From Octopus vulgaris (lineage: Eukaryota): a stretch of DNA of 64,000 nucleotides. Positions 11,293 through 24,466 of this stretch are shown piece after piece. How positions within the stretch are numbered: the stretch's first letter is position 1; each line of letters begins with the position of its first letter. A program made the translations under genes and the position numbers. The DNA lies in NCBI GenBank assembly GCA_951406725.2, contig OX597828.1, forward strand, positions 66,340,001-66,404,000, given 5' to 3'. A model generated the notes under the pieces. That model searched no databases. It was not told where the DNA came from and saw only the letters and a list, made by a program, of their open reading frames with translations.

Positions 11293-12399
11293 AACCATCA
11301 ACCACCAGTAATGTAATGTAATGAAAAAGAATCTAGTATCAATTTTTCTCTATTACATTCTCCATTTTGATATAGCTGAGAATTTTCTAGATTCTAAAAC
11401 CTGCATTTGTCATGAAATGGATGTGCAAAGACAATTCCTTATTCGAAAAGGAAGCAAACAGTAAGTCTATGAGTTTGTTAAACTCAATAACAATAGCTAT
11501 TTGTGGCAGTAATTTGTAGATGTATATATATAATTTCCCAGATATTTATATAATTAAATTTATAAATCTATATTTCTGAGATGAGTTGTTGCTGGAGTGG
11601 TTCAAATGTTTTGTCTCTTGTCTTTATTTGTGTTTTAGAAGACAGAGAAGTGTATTATGTCTACTGAACAGCTAATAGGCATCGTATTTTGTCAGGATAT
11701 CTGCATTATTATTGTCTTTATTGTTTTAATGGTCGTTTTTTGGCAGAATGAATAACTTACCAAATATTATCTTCAGTTTACAAGTTGCAAAGGTCTAAAA
11801 GGGGATTAAAACTCAGACATATGTGATGAAAGAAAAAGAAAAGAGCAAGGGAGCAAGAGGAAAGTGAAAGAGGGCAAAGGAGCAAGGAAGAAGGAGGGGT
11901 GATGGGGGTAAAGGAAGGGTTGAAGGTGAAAGGGGTAAAGGGAAAAGAGGGACCAGGGGAAGGAAGGACAAAGAGAAAAGGGAGTAAGAGGGAAACAAAC
12001 AAGAGAGATGCTATTTCTGTTAAATAATGATACTTATTGTAATGGCTGACACAAATTGATTTTCAGTGGAACTGTGAATATATTTTAGTCTAGAGCAGTT
12101 TTTTTTTTTTACTTGTGGTGCACTTTAGAGCAAAAAAAATGTATTTTGGAGTACTTAAAATGTATTTTGAAAAATATAAGTGATTTGAAATACAGAAAAC
12201 TATTAAATACTTTATTCAACCAAACACAATTATTGTGGAAGTGTGATATTTTTGGTGTTTAATATTTTGAGTGTATCTGAGATAAACTCTCCCTTGTTTC
12301 ATCTTCAGTGCAATATAGTCTCTCTTGAAGTGGTCTGTGGTATGGAATACATGACCTTACTAGGGAAAAGACATCCCTGCCCACATGGCATCAAAAGGG

Positions 12400-12834
12400 G
12401 CCAGAAATTATATTAGCCAGTAGTAAATGTTTATTTAAGAAAGATAAAGTTCTGGCATTGGAAGCTACACCAGTGCCAGAACGGGATGACACTGCATAGA
12501 GCCAAAGGTCCCAGCAATGCCATCATGTTTCAGGACCAGTTATTGCAACAGCCTGGGTTTCAAGGGCCCATAGCTTTTTAATATTCTCCCAAAGAGTCTG
12601 AGGAACTTGCACAAAGTAGATGTAGGGGTTATTATATTAAAGCTGGACCTCTTCCTGTCGAGAGTCTCAGATGAACCTACCTAATGGCAAGAGGTGCAAA
12701 TGAGGGTAGCTATATCAAACTCCATGCTTCACCAAGTGCCACATATTAGAGGAGGCTCTTAGTAATAACAGTGTAGCAAAACGGCAGTGCAACAGCATGG
12801 CCACAGTTCTGAGCTGAAACTAGAGAAAGAAAGA
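12400..12834 (+). mobile_element. CR1/L2-group LINE 3' end relic
   Basis: Translates NSLGFKGP*LFNILPKSLRNLHKVDVGV..LKLDLFLSRVSDEPT..RVAISNSMLHQ, like invertebrate CR1-group ORF2 C-termini. Tail ggcagtgcaacagcatggccacagttctgagctgaaactagagaaaga. Confidence 0.75.
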
Positions 12835-13270
12835 TTGAGGTTGAGATATTTTTGTACTCACAGAAAGTGTTGGACCTTCAGACACTACTGGATGGGTCTT
12901 AATAATAACTGTGATGGGATAGTGTAGTCTTCAACTTTTACCCAATGTGTTACAGTGGTATTTCTTCTACAAAGCCTTTTCAGTGATTACTAGATCACAA
13001 AGCAAGGCTCCCCGCCAAAGCCTTCTCCACGTCTATGAATACCAGATACAGGTTCTTACTCTTAGCTAAGTAATTGTTGTGCAGGTGTCTCATCTAGGCT
13101 AATCCCATTCATAATCAATAATGCAATAGCTCTTTCTGTAACTTTCATAATCTGATATAATAGTTTTGTGCCTTTATAGTTTCCTCTTTCTTGTGTATCT
13201 CCTTTGAACCTGTAACAGTTTACAAGGATACTGCTATGTTATGCTACTCAGTGGTCGTGACACATTCTTA

Positions 13271-13541
13271 CATCATCATCATCATCGTTTAATGTCTGCT
13301 TTCCATGCTAGCATGGGTTGGACGATTTTGACTGAGGGCTGGCGAACCAGATGGCTGCACCAGGCTCCAGTCTTGATCTGGCAGAGTTTCTACAGCTGGA
13401 TGCCCTTCCTAACGCCAACCACTCCGAGAGTGTAGTGGGTGCTTTTTACATGCCACTGGCATGGGGGCCAATCAAGCGGTACTGGCATGGCAACGACCAC
13501 GCTCGGACCTTTTTACCCATGTCACCAGCACAGGTGCCAGT
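13271..13541 (-). mobile_element. RTE LINE 3' end (family C)
   Basis: (CAT)n followed by cgtttaatgtctgctttccatgctagcatgggttggacg..ggatgcccttcctaacgccaacc. Confidence 0.9.
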
Positions 13542-13654
13542 AATTAATTATTCATTCAAGATGCTAGCCTTCTTATGATTAAATTACGTTTTACTATACT
13601 GTGACTCTAAATCAAAAAGGAGGGCATTTTTCCCTCTGATATAGCTGGCCGTGA

Positions 13655-13895
13655 AGATACATGGCTGAGTGGTTAGGATGCTGCACTCACAGTCACAAGA
13701 TCATGGTTTCAATCTCAGACCAGTGGTGCATTGTGTTCTAGAGCAAAACACTTCATTTCACATGGCACTAGTTCATTCAACTGTAAACGAGTAACCTTAC
13801 AATGGTCTGGCATCAGGGAAATGTTGTGATTACAGGTGCTTGTATACAATGAAAACTGGGTAACTGGTCCTAAGAATCTCAGAACTTATGACAGC
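13655..13895 (+). mobile_element. old tRNA-derived SINE related to family D
   Basis: A-box tggctgagtgg, B-box-like ggtttcaatctc, and gagcaaaacac shared with the copy at 15655. Confidence 0.55.
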
Positions 13896-13972
13896 ACTTT
13901 TTTTTTATGACTGGCTGCAGTCAATTAATGAAAGCTGTCAAGGTGAGAAGTAAGTGGAGTAAACATAATAAA

Positions 13973-14268
13973 CTAGCAGTATCATCCGGCGTTGCTCGGG
14001 TTTGTAAGGGAAATAACTATATAAGTATTTTTAGAGAGTTACTTCCCTCATATAACCTGAGCAAAAATCATTAAAAATGCGGAAAAATGATGTTAAATTT
14101 TTTTTTAAATCATAAACTCATGCTAATACCCAGAAGGGCTCGATATGAATGACGACTATGAGATACCTGCTTTTGGTTAAACTGCACCGCAAAATGTGGG
14201 AGTAGTTAGGAATCTAAATCGGAGGAGACAGAGTCTCACACACACAACTTCAATTTTATATATAAAGA
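13973..14268 (-). mobile_element. non-autonomous Helitron
   Basis: Minus strand starts A|TCTTTATATATAAAA and ends with the hairpin cccgagcaacgccgg followed by ..CTAG|T. No TSD. Confidence 0.85.
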
Positions 14269-14356
14269 TATGTGCCATGCTATTTTGAAGCACCTCAGAT
14301 TCAAATGTATTAAACACCTGTCCTTATACTTATTCATTCACTCTACATTATTGGAT

Positions 14357-14542
14357 TCATATTTTGGTACAAGGCCAGCAATTTCGAGGGAGGGGGTAAA
14401 TCAATTACATCGACTCCAGTACTCAACTGGTACTTATTTTATTGACCCCGAAAGGATGAAAAGCAAAGACAGAATTTGAACTCAGAATGTGAGGATGGAC
14501 AAAATACCACTAAGCATTTCGCCTGGCATGCTAACGATTCTG
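14357..14542 (-). mobile_element. SINE family A (A2 tail)
   Basis: Core aactggtacttatttt..gaccccgaaaggatgaaa..gaatttgaactcag. Confidence 0.85.
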
Positions 14543-14624
14543 TGCATATAATGTGTATATGTGAGGGAGGAGACAAATAGATAGATAGATAGAAAGTGAG
14601 AAAGAAAGAGGGTGAGAGAGAGAA

Positions 14625-14692
<68 letters not shown>

Positions 14693-15010
14693 AGAGAGAG
14701 AGAGAGAGAGAGAAGATGATATTACATTGACTGTGTTGTGGTAATATTCCAATACAATTATTGCTCCACAACCAGCTTTTCAAATCCATTGAAGCAAAGT
14801 AGATACTAAAATAAGACAAAGATGTGATAAAAAAAAATTAGCAAGTATTTAAAACAGCCAAGATATACTCTGTCAGTGAGGCTGATAAAGTGCTGTAAAC
14901 TGAAATATCATAATATCATATGGCCATGATTTATGTTTGTTTAGTGTGGACATAATATATCCGAGATAGACACACATCATCACCACCACCACTACAATTA
15001 CCATTATCAC

Positions 15011-15042
<32 letters not shown>

Positions 15043-15178
15043 CAATAGCCTTATCACACACACTGCAACTCAAACTCCTTCCTTATCATCCTACTTCAGT
15101 TGTCCGTTAATGCATGAACAATTTCTAACATTCGAGTAATACAATATATATTCAGTTTATTATTATTATCATTATTAC

Positions 15179-15232
<54 letters not shown>

Positions 15233-15654
15233 CATTGTTATTATTTCTCTCTCAATGAATTCAACATTGTTGACATTTACCAATTTATTGTTGACACATT
15301 ACATATAAACAGTTATTTTGCTCCAATAATTCGGATTTTTACAGTAATCTCTGAGTAAAGTCTTGGTAATCCAACCTTGCCAACACAAAACAACATGGAT
15401 TCTAGTTACAGACAGCCATTGTAATATATTGCAGAATCATGTGAAAATTGATCTTGGTGAAATATTTTAAAATGTTGGATTAGTAAATTTGAAGAAAGTT
15501 GCCTGTTTTTATGTTTTTTTTTTCTCTCACTGGTTTGGTCTTGGGGAAGGAACTACTGTGCCCATGGCCTTCATAGATTCTTTGAGACTGTTGAGTTTGA
15601 TACTGTTAGTGTTCTTGGAAAATTACAATATGACTGCAGGCTACATATGGACTG

Positions 15655-15961
15655 TGGAGGCACATGGCCTAGTGGTTAGAACAGTGGACTTGTGGTCAAG
15701 GGATCGCGGGTTCGAATCTCAAACCGTGCAATGTGTGTGTTTATGAGCGAAACACCTAAGTTCCACGCAACTTCAGTAGAAGTTAATGGCAAACTTCTGC
15801 TGACACTTTCGCCACAACTTTCTCTCACTCTTTCCTCCTGCATCTAGCAGCTCACCTGTGATGGACCGACGTCCCGTCCAGGTAGGGAACCTATACGCCA
15901 AGGAAACTGGGAAACCGGCCCTTATGAGCCAGGCATGGCTCGAGAAGGAACAAACAAACAA
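15655..15961 (+). mobile_element. tRNA-derived SINE family D, full length
   Basis: A-box TGGCCTAGTGG, B-box GGTTCGAATCT, tail cctgtgatggaccgacgtcccgtccagg..(aaac)n. 12-bp TSD acatatggactg at 15643-15654 and 15962-15973. Confidence 0.9.
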
Positions 15962-15974
15962 ACATATGGACTGC

Positions 15975-16520
15975 ATGTGGATTCTATGGGGAGACATCTA
16001 GGAGAGAAAGGATTAGGTGAAGTGGCTAGTGTAGCCTGGAGGGATGGAGATGAGGCGTGGGCACAATAGGAGTAATAAAGGAAAGATGAATAAACAAGGC
16101 GTGGCTGAGTGGAAGTGGCTGCAGACCAATAGAGCTGTGAAGGGTGGAAGCCACTATAGTAGTGGAAGAAAAGGCAGGGGAGATATAGGAGGTCTGCAGG
16201 CCTTGTTCCAGTATGTCTGTAGGTATAGTTGCAACATGGTCTCAGATAAGAGATCCCATTTGAAGTTTGCATAGAGTTAATAGATGTTGGGTAGGGGTAA
16301 GAAGTGAAGAGGAAGGCCAATCTTTGACACTGATGTTGTGAGATTGCTGGGAGAGATCTTCCATGATGTTAAGGTTTAGCATTTGTAGTGACCTTAATGG
16401 TTCTTGTTGCTTGCTGTTGAGGACTGGAGTGGGATATGATAGTATTCTGTTGATTTGTGGAATGATTGTGATTCTATGATACTGAAGGAGATCAGATTGG
16501 TCTGACCTCACTGGAGAATG
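15975..16520 (-). mobile_element. heavily decayed CR1/Jockey-group LINE ORF2 C-terminal relic
   Basis: Minus frames give PTQHLLTLCKLQ / LRPCCNY / LPCLFFHYYSGFHPSQL, resembling LLTLYKAQIRPC.EY...SLSLFYRYY.G..S.EL. Confidence 0.5.
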
Positions 16521-17360
16521 TTTCTGAAGTCTCTAATGATAGAATCAGTGCAAATTTAGAATGAGGTGTCCCAGTTCCATGTTCATTTATAGAAAAAGGG
16601 AAGAAGAGGAACAGGAAATTTTAATTCACTAAAATTGAAAGATTAATAAAAGAATATATCTGTAAATGAATAAAACATTTAGGCTATCAAGATAAGAAGG
16701 GATTGATTACAATAACTGGGGTGTAATATATTTAAGATTGAAACTACCTTTGCTGTACAATGAAATAGATCATTGGGAAGATTTCTATGAAAGTATCATG
16801 AGAGGCCCCTATTATGGTTTGGACTTGGCACTGCTGGCCTATCTTCCCTCAATCTCCTTTAGCCACACCCTCATTGGTGAGGTACTCTGCAGGATGACTG
16901 AACTCATTGTGGTGTGGGAACTGGAGTCAGCTCTGGCCAATTTGATCATTTAATGCTTTGCTATCCACTAGAATACAGATGTCCAATGTAAGTGGAACAT
17001 CATCAAATGCAAATATACCTCCAAGCAGATTGAGACATCCTTAGACCAGCACTGCCTTACCTGCACCCCACCCTGCTTCACAGCCAAACAGGGGTGCATG
17101 GCTTGATTTGTTGCCTTCCTTATCAACTGGTACCCTTTCATGATGAATGTATATATTAGAATGGCACAGCTTTTTGGTCTCTGTTTCCACTGTTGAGCTG
17201 CAGTTGATGAAATTGGCCTGCATCCATTATCCTACAGCAATAGTGTGGGATGGTTCCCTTTGATACATTGCTCTGAATGACATCATCCGATGAAACCTCA
17301 ATACAGCTAGCTTCCCATCACAACTAGAGCCAGTTGGTCTTGACTAGAGGGATGGTAAGC

Positions 17361-17580
17361 TGGCAGAAACGTTAGCATGCCAGGCGACATGCGTAGCCGT
17401 ATTTCATCTGCCGTTATGTACTGAGTTCAAATTCTTCCGAGGTCGACTTTGCCTTTCATCCTTTCAGGATCAATTAAATAAGTACCAATTACGCACTGGG
17501 GTCGATATAATCGACTTAATCCGTTTGTCTGTCCTTGTTTGTCCTCTGTGTTTAGCCCCTAGTGGGTAGTAAATAAATAG
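17361..17580 (+). mobile_element. SINE family A (A1 tail)
   Basis: Full core and tail; short duplication ggtaagc on both sides. Confidence 0.9.
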
Positions 17581-18885
17581 GTAAGCACTCTGGTGGAATA
17601 ATCCTCATTCTATCCAAGGGAAGTAAATCCTTAATCTGGGATTCGATGTCCTGCAACACATTGATTCATTATTCAAAAGTCTTCGCCTTCACACGATTAA
17701 ATCCTGTTTTACAGTACCAAAACTCCTGCAACATGTTCTCCATCTCCAACCTTGCTGCATTGTCCACAAACTTGGGTACTTACACCTGTAATGTAGAAAA
17801 GAGGAAATTAACAAGCACCTGAGACTGAGCAGCCACTATCTGTTTGTGCCAGTTGCCAATGAGACCTCAGGTGTTCTCAGACTCAACTCTGCTGATTTCC
17901 TCCACAAATTGGGATAACAGCAGCCTGTCTGAGAAATGAGCCCTGCACGATGATGTGTCAACAAGGCACACCATCTGGACTGGGGTGTACAATCTGTTAC
18001 TCCAACCCCACCATCATTTTCAGCTTAATTCCACCCTGACATTTTTTTCTCTCTTTCCTTGTTGAAATAATTCCTCTTTTCTTTTTTCTTGATAATTCAA
18101 TCTTTTATATTTTGTTTTTGGATTTGGTTTGCAAGATTCTTTATATGAGCCTTCTCAGTGATCTATTTCATTGCACTGCAAAGGTAGTTTCAATCTTTTA
18201 TACTTTAAATTTTTTTCTTGAAAAATCTGTTGCTAAATAAAAACATCACACGGTTTATTCATAAAATTAAATGAAAATTAAAAGAAATTGGAATATATTT
18301 TGTATAGAAGTTGGTTGAGTCATCAATTCATCTAAGAGTCTTCAATATCTGATTTTGTCATGTTACTTCAGGTTAACTAATTAATCATATTGTAATTAAT
18401 CAAGAAGATGAGAATCTTTCGTTTCAGGTTTCAAACAAGAAACAATCTCTGTTTTCAAAATAGATCTGAAGAGAAATCATTTCTATGAAGTGATTGGTTA
18501 TTGAACTGTTCCACTTGAGATTAGTAATTACCCCCTCCCCACAACACACTTTCACTCACTTACACACTCTCATTCACTCACACATATACTCACATACACA
18601 CACATAGATTCCTCATGCATGTATATATATATATGTGCATATATATACGTATATGTGTGTGTGTGTGTTTTTGCACATATGTGTGAGTCTGTGTGTGCGT
18701 ATGTGAATGCATGTATATGTGTATGCGTGTGTGCACATGCATGTGTGTGCACATGCGTGTGTGTGTATCTTACAATAATTTATGCTTGCAAAATATTACA
18801 TACTGTAAAATCAATCTACATATAAAAACTTGTAATCAACAAAGCTATTCATAAATTGCAAGAAAATTTAAAAAGCACACTTTAG

Positions 18886-18924
<39 letters not shown>

Positions 18925-18927
<3 letters not shown>

Positions 18928-19262
18928 TCATCATCATCATCATTTAACGTCTGATTTCCATGCTAGCATGGGTTGGACGATTTGACTGAGGACTGGCGAA
19001 CCAGATGGCTGCGCTAGGCTCCAATCTGATCTGGCAGAGTTTCTACAGCTGGATGCCCTTCCTAACGCCAACCACTCTGAGAGTGTAGTGGGTGCTTTAT
19101 GTGCCACCGGCATGAGGGCCAGTCTGGCAGTACTAGCAACGGCCATGCTCGAAATGGTGTTTTTTACGTGCAACCTGCACAGGAGTCAGTCCAGCGGCAC
19201 TTGCAATGACCTCGCTCGAATGTTTTGTTCACATGCCACCGGCACAAGTGCCAGTAAGGCAA
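18925..19262 (-). mobile_element. RTE LINE 3' end (family C)
   Basis: (CAT)n plus family C tail, adjacent to (TA)n. Confidence 0.9.
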
Positions 19263-19435
19263 TATTTATATATATTTATCAAAAGAAAAACAGAATGCAA
19301 AGGATTTTGCGGTACATATGTTTCTGGCTTTATTGAACAATTTATATCAATGCATAATTGATATAACATGTAGGTCAATAGCCTTCTTCAGTCGCGTACA
19401 ATTACCACACCAAAGACTATATATATATATATATA

Positions 19436-19590
19436 GGTGCAGGCATGACTGTGGAAAGAAGTTTACTTCCCAACCACATGGTTCTGGGTTCAGTCCTACT
19501 GTGTGACATCTTGGGTGAGTGTCTTCTGCTGACCAAAGTTTTGTGAATGGATATGGTTGACAGAAACTGAAAGGAGCCTGTCATGTATAT
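19436..19590 (+). mobile_element. SINE family B head half
   Basis: ggtgcaggcatgactgtgg..aaccacatggttctgggttcagtcc..cagaaactgaaaggagcctgtc. Confidence 0.8.
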
Positions 19591-19600
19591 ACACACACAC

Positions 19601-19672
19601 ACACTAACAACAGATGGATTGTGGTCCACTGTTTCCGACATGTGAACCACAATCCATCTGTTGTTATTGTGT
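19601..19672. repeat. inverted repeat / stem-loop with 21-bp perfect arms
   Basis: taacaacagatggattgtggt (19605-19625) is the exact reverse complement of accacaatccatctgttgtta (19646-19666). Pairing continues imperfectly inward to a ttccg loop. Confidence 0.9.
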
Positions 19673-19686
19673 ATATTTCACCTAAC

Positions 19687-20078
19687 TTGTGGTAAAGAGC
19701 TTGATTACCAACCACATGGTTCCGGGTTCAGTCCCACTGCATGGCACCTTGGGCAAGTGTCTTCTACTATAGCCTTGGGCCGACCAAAGCCTTGTTAGTG
19801 GATTTGGTAGACGGAAACTGAAAGAAGCCTGTCGTATATATGTATATATATATATGTGTGTGTGTGCTTATATGTTTGTGTGTCTGTGTTTGTCCCCCAA
19901 CATCACTTCACAACCAATGGTGGTGTATTTATGTCCCTGTAACTTAGCAGTTCGGCAAAAGAGACTGATAGAATAACTAATAAGCTTGCAAAGAATAAGT
20001 CCTGGTGTCGATTTGCTCAACTAAAGGCGATGCTCCAGCATGGCTGCAGTCAAATAACTGAAACAACTAAAAGAGTAA
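19687..20078 (+). mobile_element. SINE family B
   Basis: Head, (TA/TG)n linker and tail present; taacttg duplicated at both ends. Confidence 0.9.
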
Positions 20079-20489
20079 CTTGGAACCTGCAGTCCATTTG
20101 GATCGGGAGTCTATAGACAGCAATGCAATGGGTGCAGTGAGTGTACCCATGTGTGACCTTGATGACTTGTTGGTGTATTCAGTCAGCCACTTGTGAATGT
20201 AAGTATAACTGGAAGAACAAATCTATGTTTACTTTAGTGAGTACGTGTTTGTCATTATACATTGTACACGGTAGCACTATCACTGACCTGACCATGGTGC
20301 TTTCACTATCTAAATACCTGATTCTCTCAAATCCTGGAAATTTTACACAAACACACACACACACAAATGAAAAAATACACATTAAGTAAATGTATGAGCT
20401 TGAAGTCAGTAAACCAATTCCTTAATCTAAATGTTACAATGCCGTCTTCTGATTCTCTTCAATATTCACTATACCTTACTTATATATTC

Positions 20490-20892
20490 TTTTTTTTTCT
20501 TTTCTGCTCTAAGCACAGGACCCAAACTTTTCGGGGAGAGGGCCATTCGATTAGATTGACCCCAGTACGCAACTGGTACTTAATTTATCGACCCCGAAAG
20601 GATGAAAGACAAAGTTGATCTCAGTGGAATTTGAACTCAGTACGTAAAAGCTGAAATACCTATTTCCTTACTACCCACAAGGGGCTAAACACAGAGAGGA
20701 CAAACAAGGACAGACAAATGGATTAAGTTGATTATATCGACCCCAGTGCATAACTGGTACTTATTTAATTGACCCTGAAAGGATGAAAGGCAAAGTTGAC
20801 CTCGGTGGAATTTGAACTCAGAACGTAACGGCAGACGAAATATGGCTACGCATTTCGCCCAGCGTGCTAACGTTTCTGCCAGCTCATTGCCG
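20490..20892 (-). mobile_element. SINE family A dimer (A1 monomer plus headless A2 monomer)
   Basis: Junction (reverse complement) aaggaaata|ggtatttc near 20655. One TSD ttacttatatatt at 20476-20488 and 20897-20909. Confidence 0.88.
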
Positions 20893-21371
20893 TACTTTAC
20901 TTATATATTAAACATACAAGTATTGATTACATGCTTAGGTCCAGGATTAATGCTTATAACTAAGCTAAACATTGGTCAAATACATGAATTTCATCTTGCA
21001 ATAATACTGTCAGTTATATTTATGGCTGTTGTCATATGACAGTAGCAAATATTGATGAGAAAGGACACTTATATCATGTATGCGCGTGTGTGTGTGTGCA
21101 TGCAGAAATATGACTTTATGACATCAGATGATCCATCATTTCCTGGTTACCAGAATGTGAGAAAACATTCCAGTGTCAGTTAATGATTTTAGGGGAAAAA
21201 AAATTAAAAAGTTATATTTGTCAAGTTTCTTTCTCCATCTAAGCAAGTATAATAATTTTATTTCTGCTTATCATGTTTGAAACTCTAGCAATAAATTGAC
21301 TATGGAGAGAGAGTGTGTGTGTGTGGTGGTGGTTGGGGGGGCAGGGTTATAATTCACTGAATTAATTCCAG

Positions 21372-21600
21372 CATGTTTGCACAAGACCAGCAATTTTGGG
21401 GGAGGAGGTAAGTTGATTACATTGACCCCTGTGATCAACTGGTATTTATTTTATCAACCCTGAAGGCGGCGAACTGGCAGAATCATTAGCACGCTGGACG
21501 AAATGTTTAGTGGTATTTCATCTGCCGTTACGTTCTGAGTTCAAATTCCACCGAGGTCGACTTTGCTTTTCATCCTTTCGTGGTCGATTAAATAAGTACC
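21372..21600. mobile_element. two partial family A SINEs back to back (minus then plus)
   Basis: Minus-strand core 21372-21462; plus-strand head and core 21463-21600. Confidence 0.75.
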
Positions 21601-21904
21601 ATCTCTTTTCAGGCATAGAATATATAAAATAACATTATTGCATTCCTTTTTCAAAAAAGGTAGTAGGTTATATGTTTTGAGGGAGATTTAGTGGCTCTTT
21701 CTAACATGTTGAACACCTTTGCTAGCTTGATTGGTGGTAGCTGAAAGTATTACAAACCCATAATTTAAATGATGGTGTTGAAACCTTGATGGTGGAAAGT
21801 TAGAGATAAGTTTCCATCAAACTGAGAATGTGATGTTTCAATGTTGGATTGGGATCACATCACTTCATTTGCATATATAATGACTACTAATTTACATGCC
21901 TTCT

Positions 21905-22187
21905 AATTTAGGCACAAGACCAACGTTTTTGAGGGGAGGTGTAAAGTGATACCTATTTTTTACAACCCACAAGGGGCTAAACACAGAGAGGACAAACAAG
22001 GACAGACACATGGATTAAGTCGATTACATCAACCCCAGTGTGTAACTGGTACTTATTTAATCAACCCCGAAAGGATGAAAGGCAAAGTCGACCTCGGCGG
22101 AATTTGAACTCAGAACATAACGGCAGACGAAATACGGCTACGCATTTTGCCCAGCGTGCTAACGTTTGTGCCAGCTCATTGCCGCCT
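21905..22187 (-). mobile_element. SINE family A (A1) joined to an A2 tail remnant
   Basis: Full A1 at 21953-22187; reverse-complement tail followed by ggtatc, then the A2-type tail. Confidence 0.85.
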
Positions 22188-23452
22188 TTGAAGCTAAACA
22201 TAGTCTAACTATAACAGCAAGTTTGGAAAATATCTAGATTGCTATGTTTTAGCAATGATTGACTGTCCTGCGAGAGCCCTGTGCCAATGCTACGTAAAAA
22301 ACAATTGTGCTGGTACCACACGGAAGCATTAAAAGCACCAAGCACATGCTGTAAAGTGGTTGGCATTAGGAAGGGCATCTAACTGTAGAAACTAAACCAA
22401 ATCAGACTGGAACCTGGTGCAGCTCTCGTGCTTGCCAGCTCTGGTCAAAACGTCCAACCTATGCTAGCATGTAAAAGGATGTTAAAAGATGATTATGATG
22501 ATGTTGATTGTGGTGCAATGGAAGAAAAGGACAACAGAAAAAGAAGCAAACAGGAGAAAGAAATACAAAAGGCCTTACCTGTTGACATCGGCGGAATCAG
22601 CGGTCACTCTCATGAATTAAACACACCTTGCCTCTCTGCCGTCTCAACTCAAACTGCCCACACGTGCTTCCTGCCCCTTTCACTCTTCCACCGGCCCCTG
22701 CAGTCTTCACTTCCATTTTGCCTCATCTACCATCCTCTCCACCAACACCACATAGCTCATCACAGCCCACCACAATGATGATTGAAGAATATGACAACTT
22801 AAAGGAATGATGGGGTAAAATAAGAAGAGAGATGCCCACTGCATGCAGACTTAATAAGTCAAATGGGTACTAGCATAAAACATGGTGTAAGCTTTCTTGT
22901 AAGCAAACCTGGATAATTTACCCTTGTCATTCTTTTTATGTTACCCTGTATTTGTTCAGGAAACAAAAAAGGCCTAACTCTCCCTAGTCCAGTGGCCCCC
23001 AATTTATGATACAGCAGTGCACTGGTGCATCACATCACAAATGGTTTCTACATACATTGCAAACTTTTTAAAAATATAATTTAAGGTTTTAAAAAATTTA
23101 TAGTAATGCACAAGCCTCTCATAAAACATATTGCTCGTAGTTTTTTTTTATACAGAAATAGGTTTAATGAAATTAGATAACGGGTAGTTAATCTATTTGT
23201 TCTATATCCCTAACTTTAAAACAGGTTTTAGTTTTTTTAATTACCACTCAAAGTGCAGCAACAATTTTTAACTTTCCCTGCCAAAAGTGGCATTAATTGT
23301 CTATTTCAAGTCCATTGTGTAACAAATCAAAATGTTGAGAATCACTAATGGAATTATTTTAAGCTCTGAGTCATGATTAAAAAATCTCACAGCACAAACA
23401 TGTCTGGAGTTGTCACTGGACTGTAAAATGTCACGCACACTTCCTAATATAT

Positions 23453-23454
<2 letters not shown>

Positions 23455-23494
<40 letters not shown>

Positions 23495-23832
23495 GTTTAA
23501 CGTCCGCTTTCCATGCTAGCATGGGTTGGACGGTTCTACTGGGGTCTGGGAAGCCAGGAGGCTGCACCAGGCTCCAGTCTGATCTGGCAGTGTTTCTACA
23601 GTTGGATGCCCTTCCTAATGCCAACCACTCTGTGAGTGTAGTGGGTGCCTTTTACATGCCACCTGCACGGTGCTAGGGGAGGCTGGCAGCGGCCACGATC
23701 GGTTGGTGCTTTTTACGTGCCACCGGCAGGGAAGCCAGTCAAGGCGGCGCTGGCATCAGCCACATTCAGATGGTTCGTTTACGTGCCACCAGCACTGGTA
23801 TCACAACTACAATTTCCATTGATTTTTGATCG
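23455..23832 (-). mobile_element. RTE LINE 3' end (family C)
   Basis: Long (CAT)n plus family C tail; attccat duplicated at 23451-23457 and 23833-23839. Confidence 0.9.
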
Positions 23833-24112
23833 ATTCCATATTTTAATGAATTTTAATCATCAATTAAAATTAATTAATTATAATTGTCTCCTCTACCTTT
23901 TCTGGTCAGAATTAGCCATTCAGATAATGATTGTTATCATTTTGATACTAACATGTCTGTGCCTGTGCCTGGTTTTCTCTAATACAAACTTCCTATTTTA
24001 GTGATTTAGATTCAATGAAATTTCTTTGCTAATTTATGTTTCAAACACCACCTTAATGTTAACAAAGCTATTTTACTAAATTAGCCCCTATTCCAATATC
24101 AAGAGGAACTAA

Positions 24113-24418
24113 AAGGTGGCCAGCTATCAGAATCATTAGCACATCAAGCAAAATGCTTAGCAGCATTTCGTCCATCTTTGCATTCTTTACTCTTTTACTT
24201 GTTTCAGTCATTTTGACTGTGGCCATGGTGGAGCACTGCCTTTAGTCGAGCAAATCAACCCCAGGACTTATTCTTTGGAAGCGTAGTACTTATTCTATCG
24301 GTTCTCTTTTGCAGAAGCGCTAAGTTACAGGGATGTAAACACACCACCATCGGTTGTCAAGCGATGTTGGGGGGACAAACACAGACACACAAACATATAC
24401 ACATACATACAAACATAT

Positions 24419-24466
<48 letters not shown>

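Noticed and set aside
13351-13578. Recurring peptide 'FLQLDALPNANHS' as a gene family
   Set aside because: It is the antisense translation of the non-coding 3' tail of the family C RTE repeat.
15655-15730. tRNA gene
   Set aside because: A and B boxes are present, but the sequence continues into a SINE body with tail and TSD, and there is no clean acceptor stem.
22520-22780. Minus-strand exon ending CAG|GTAAGG
   Set aside because: Donor-like site only; no acceptor or recognisable reading frame.
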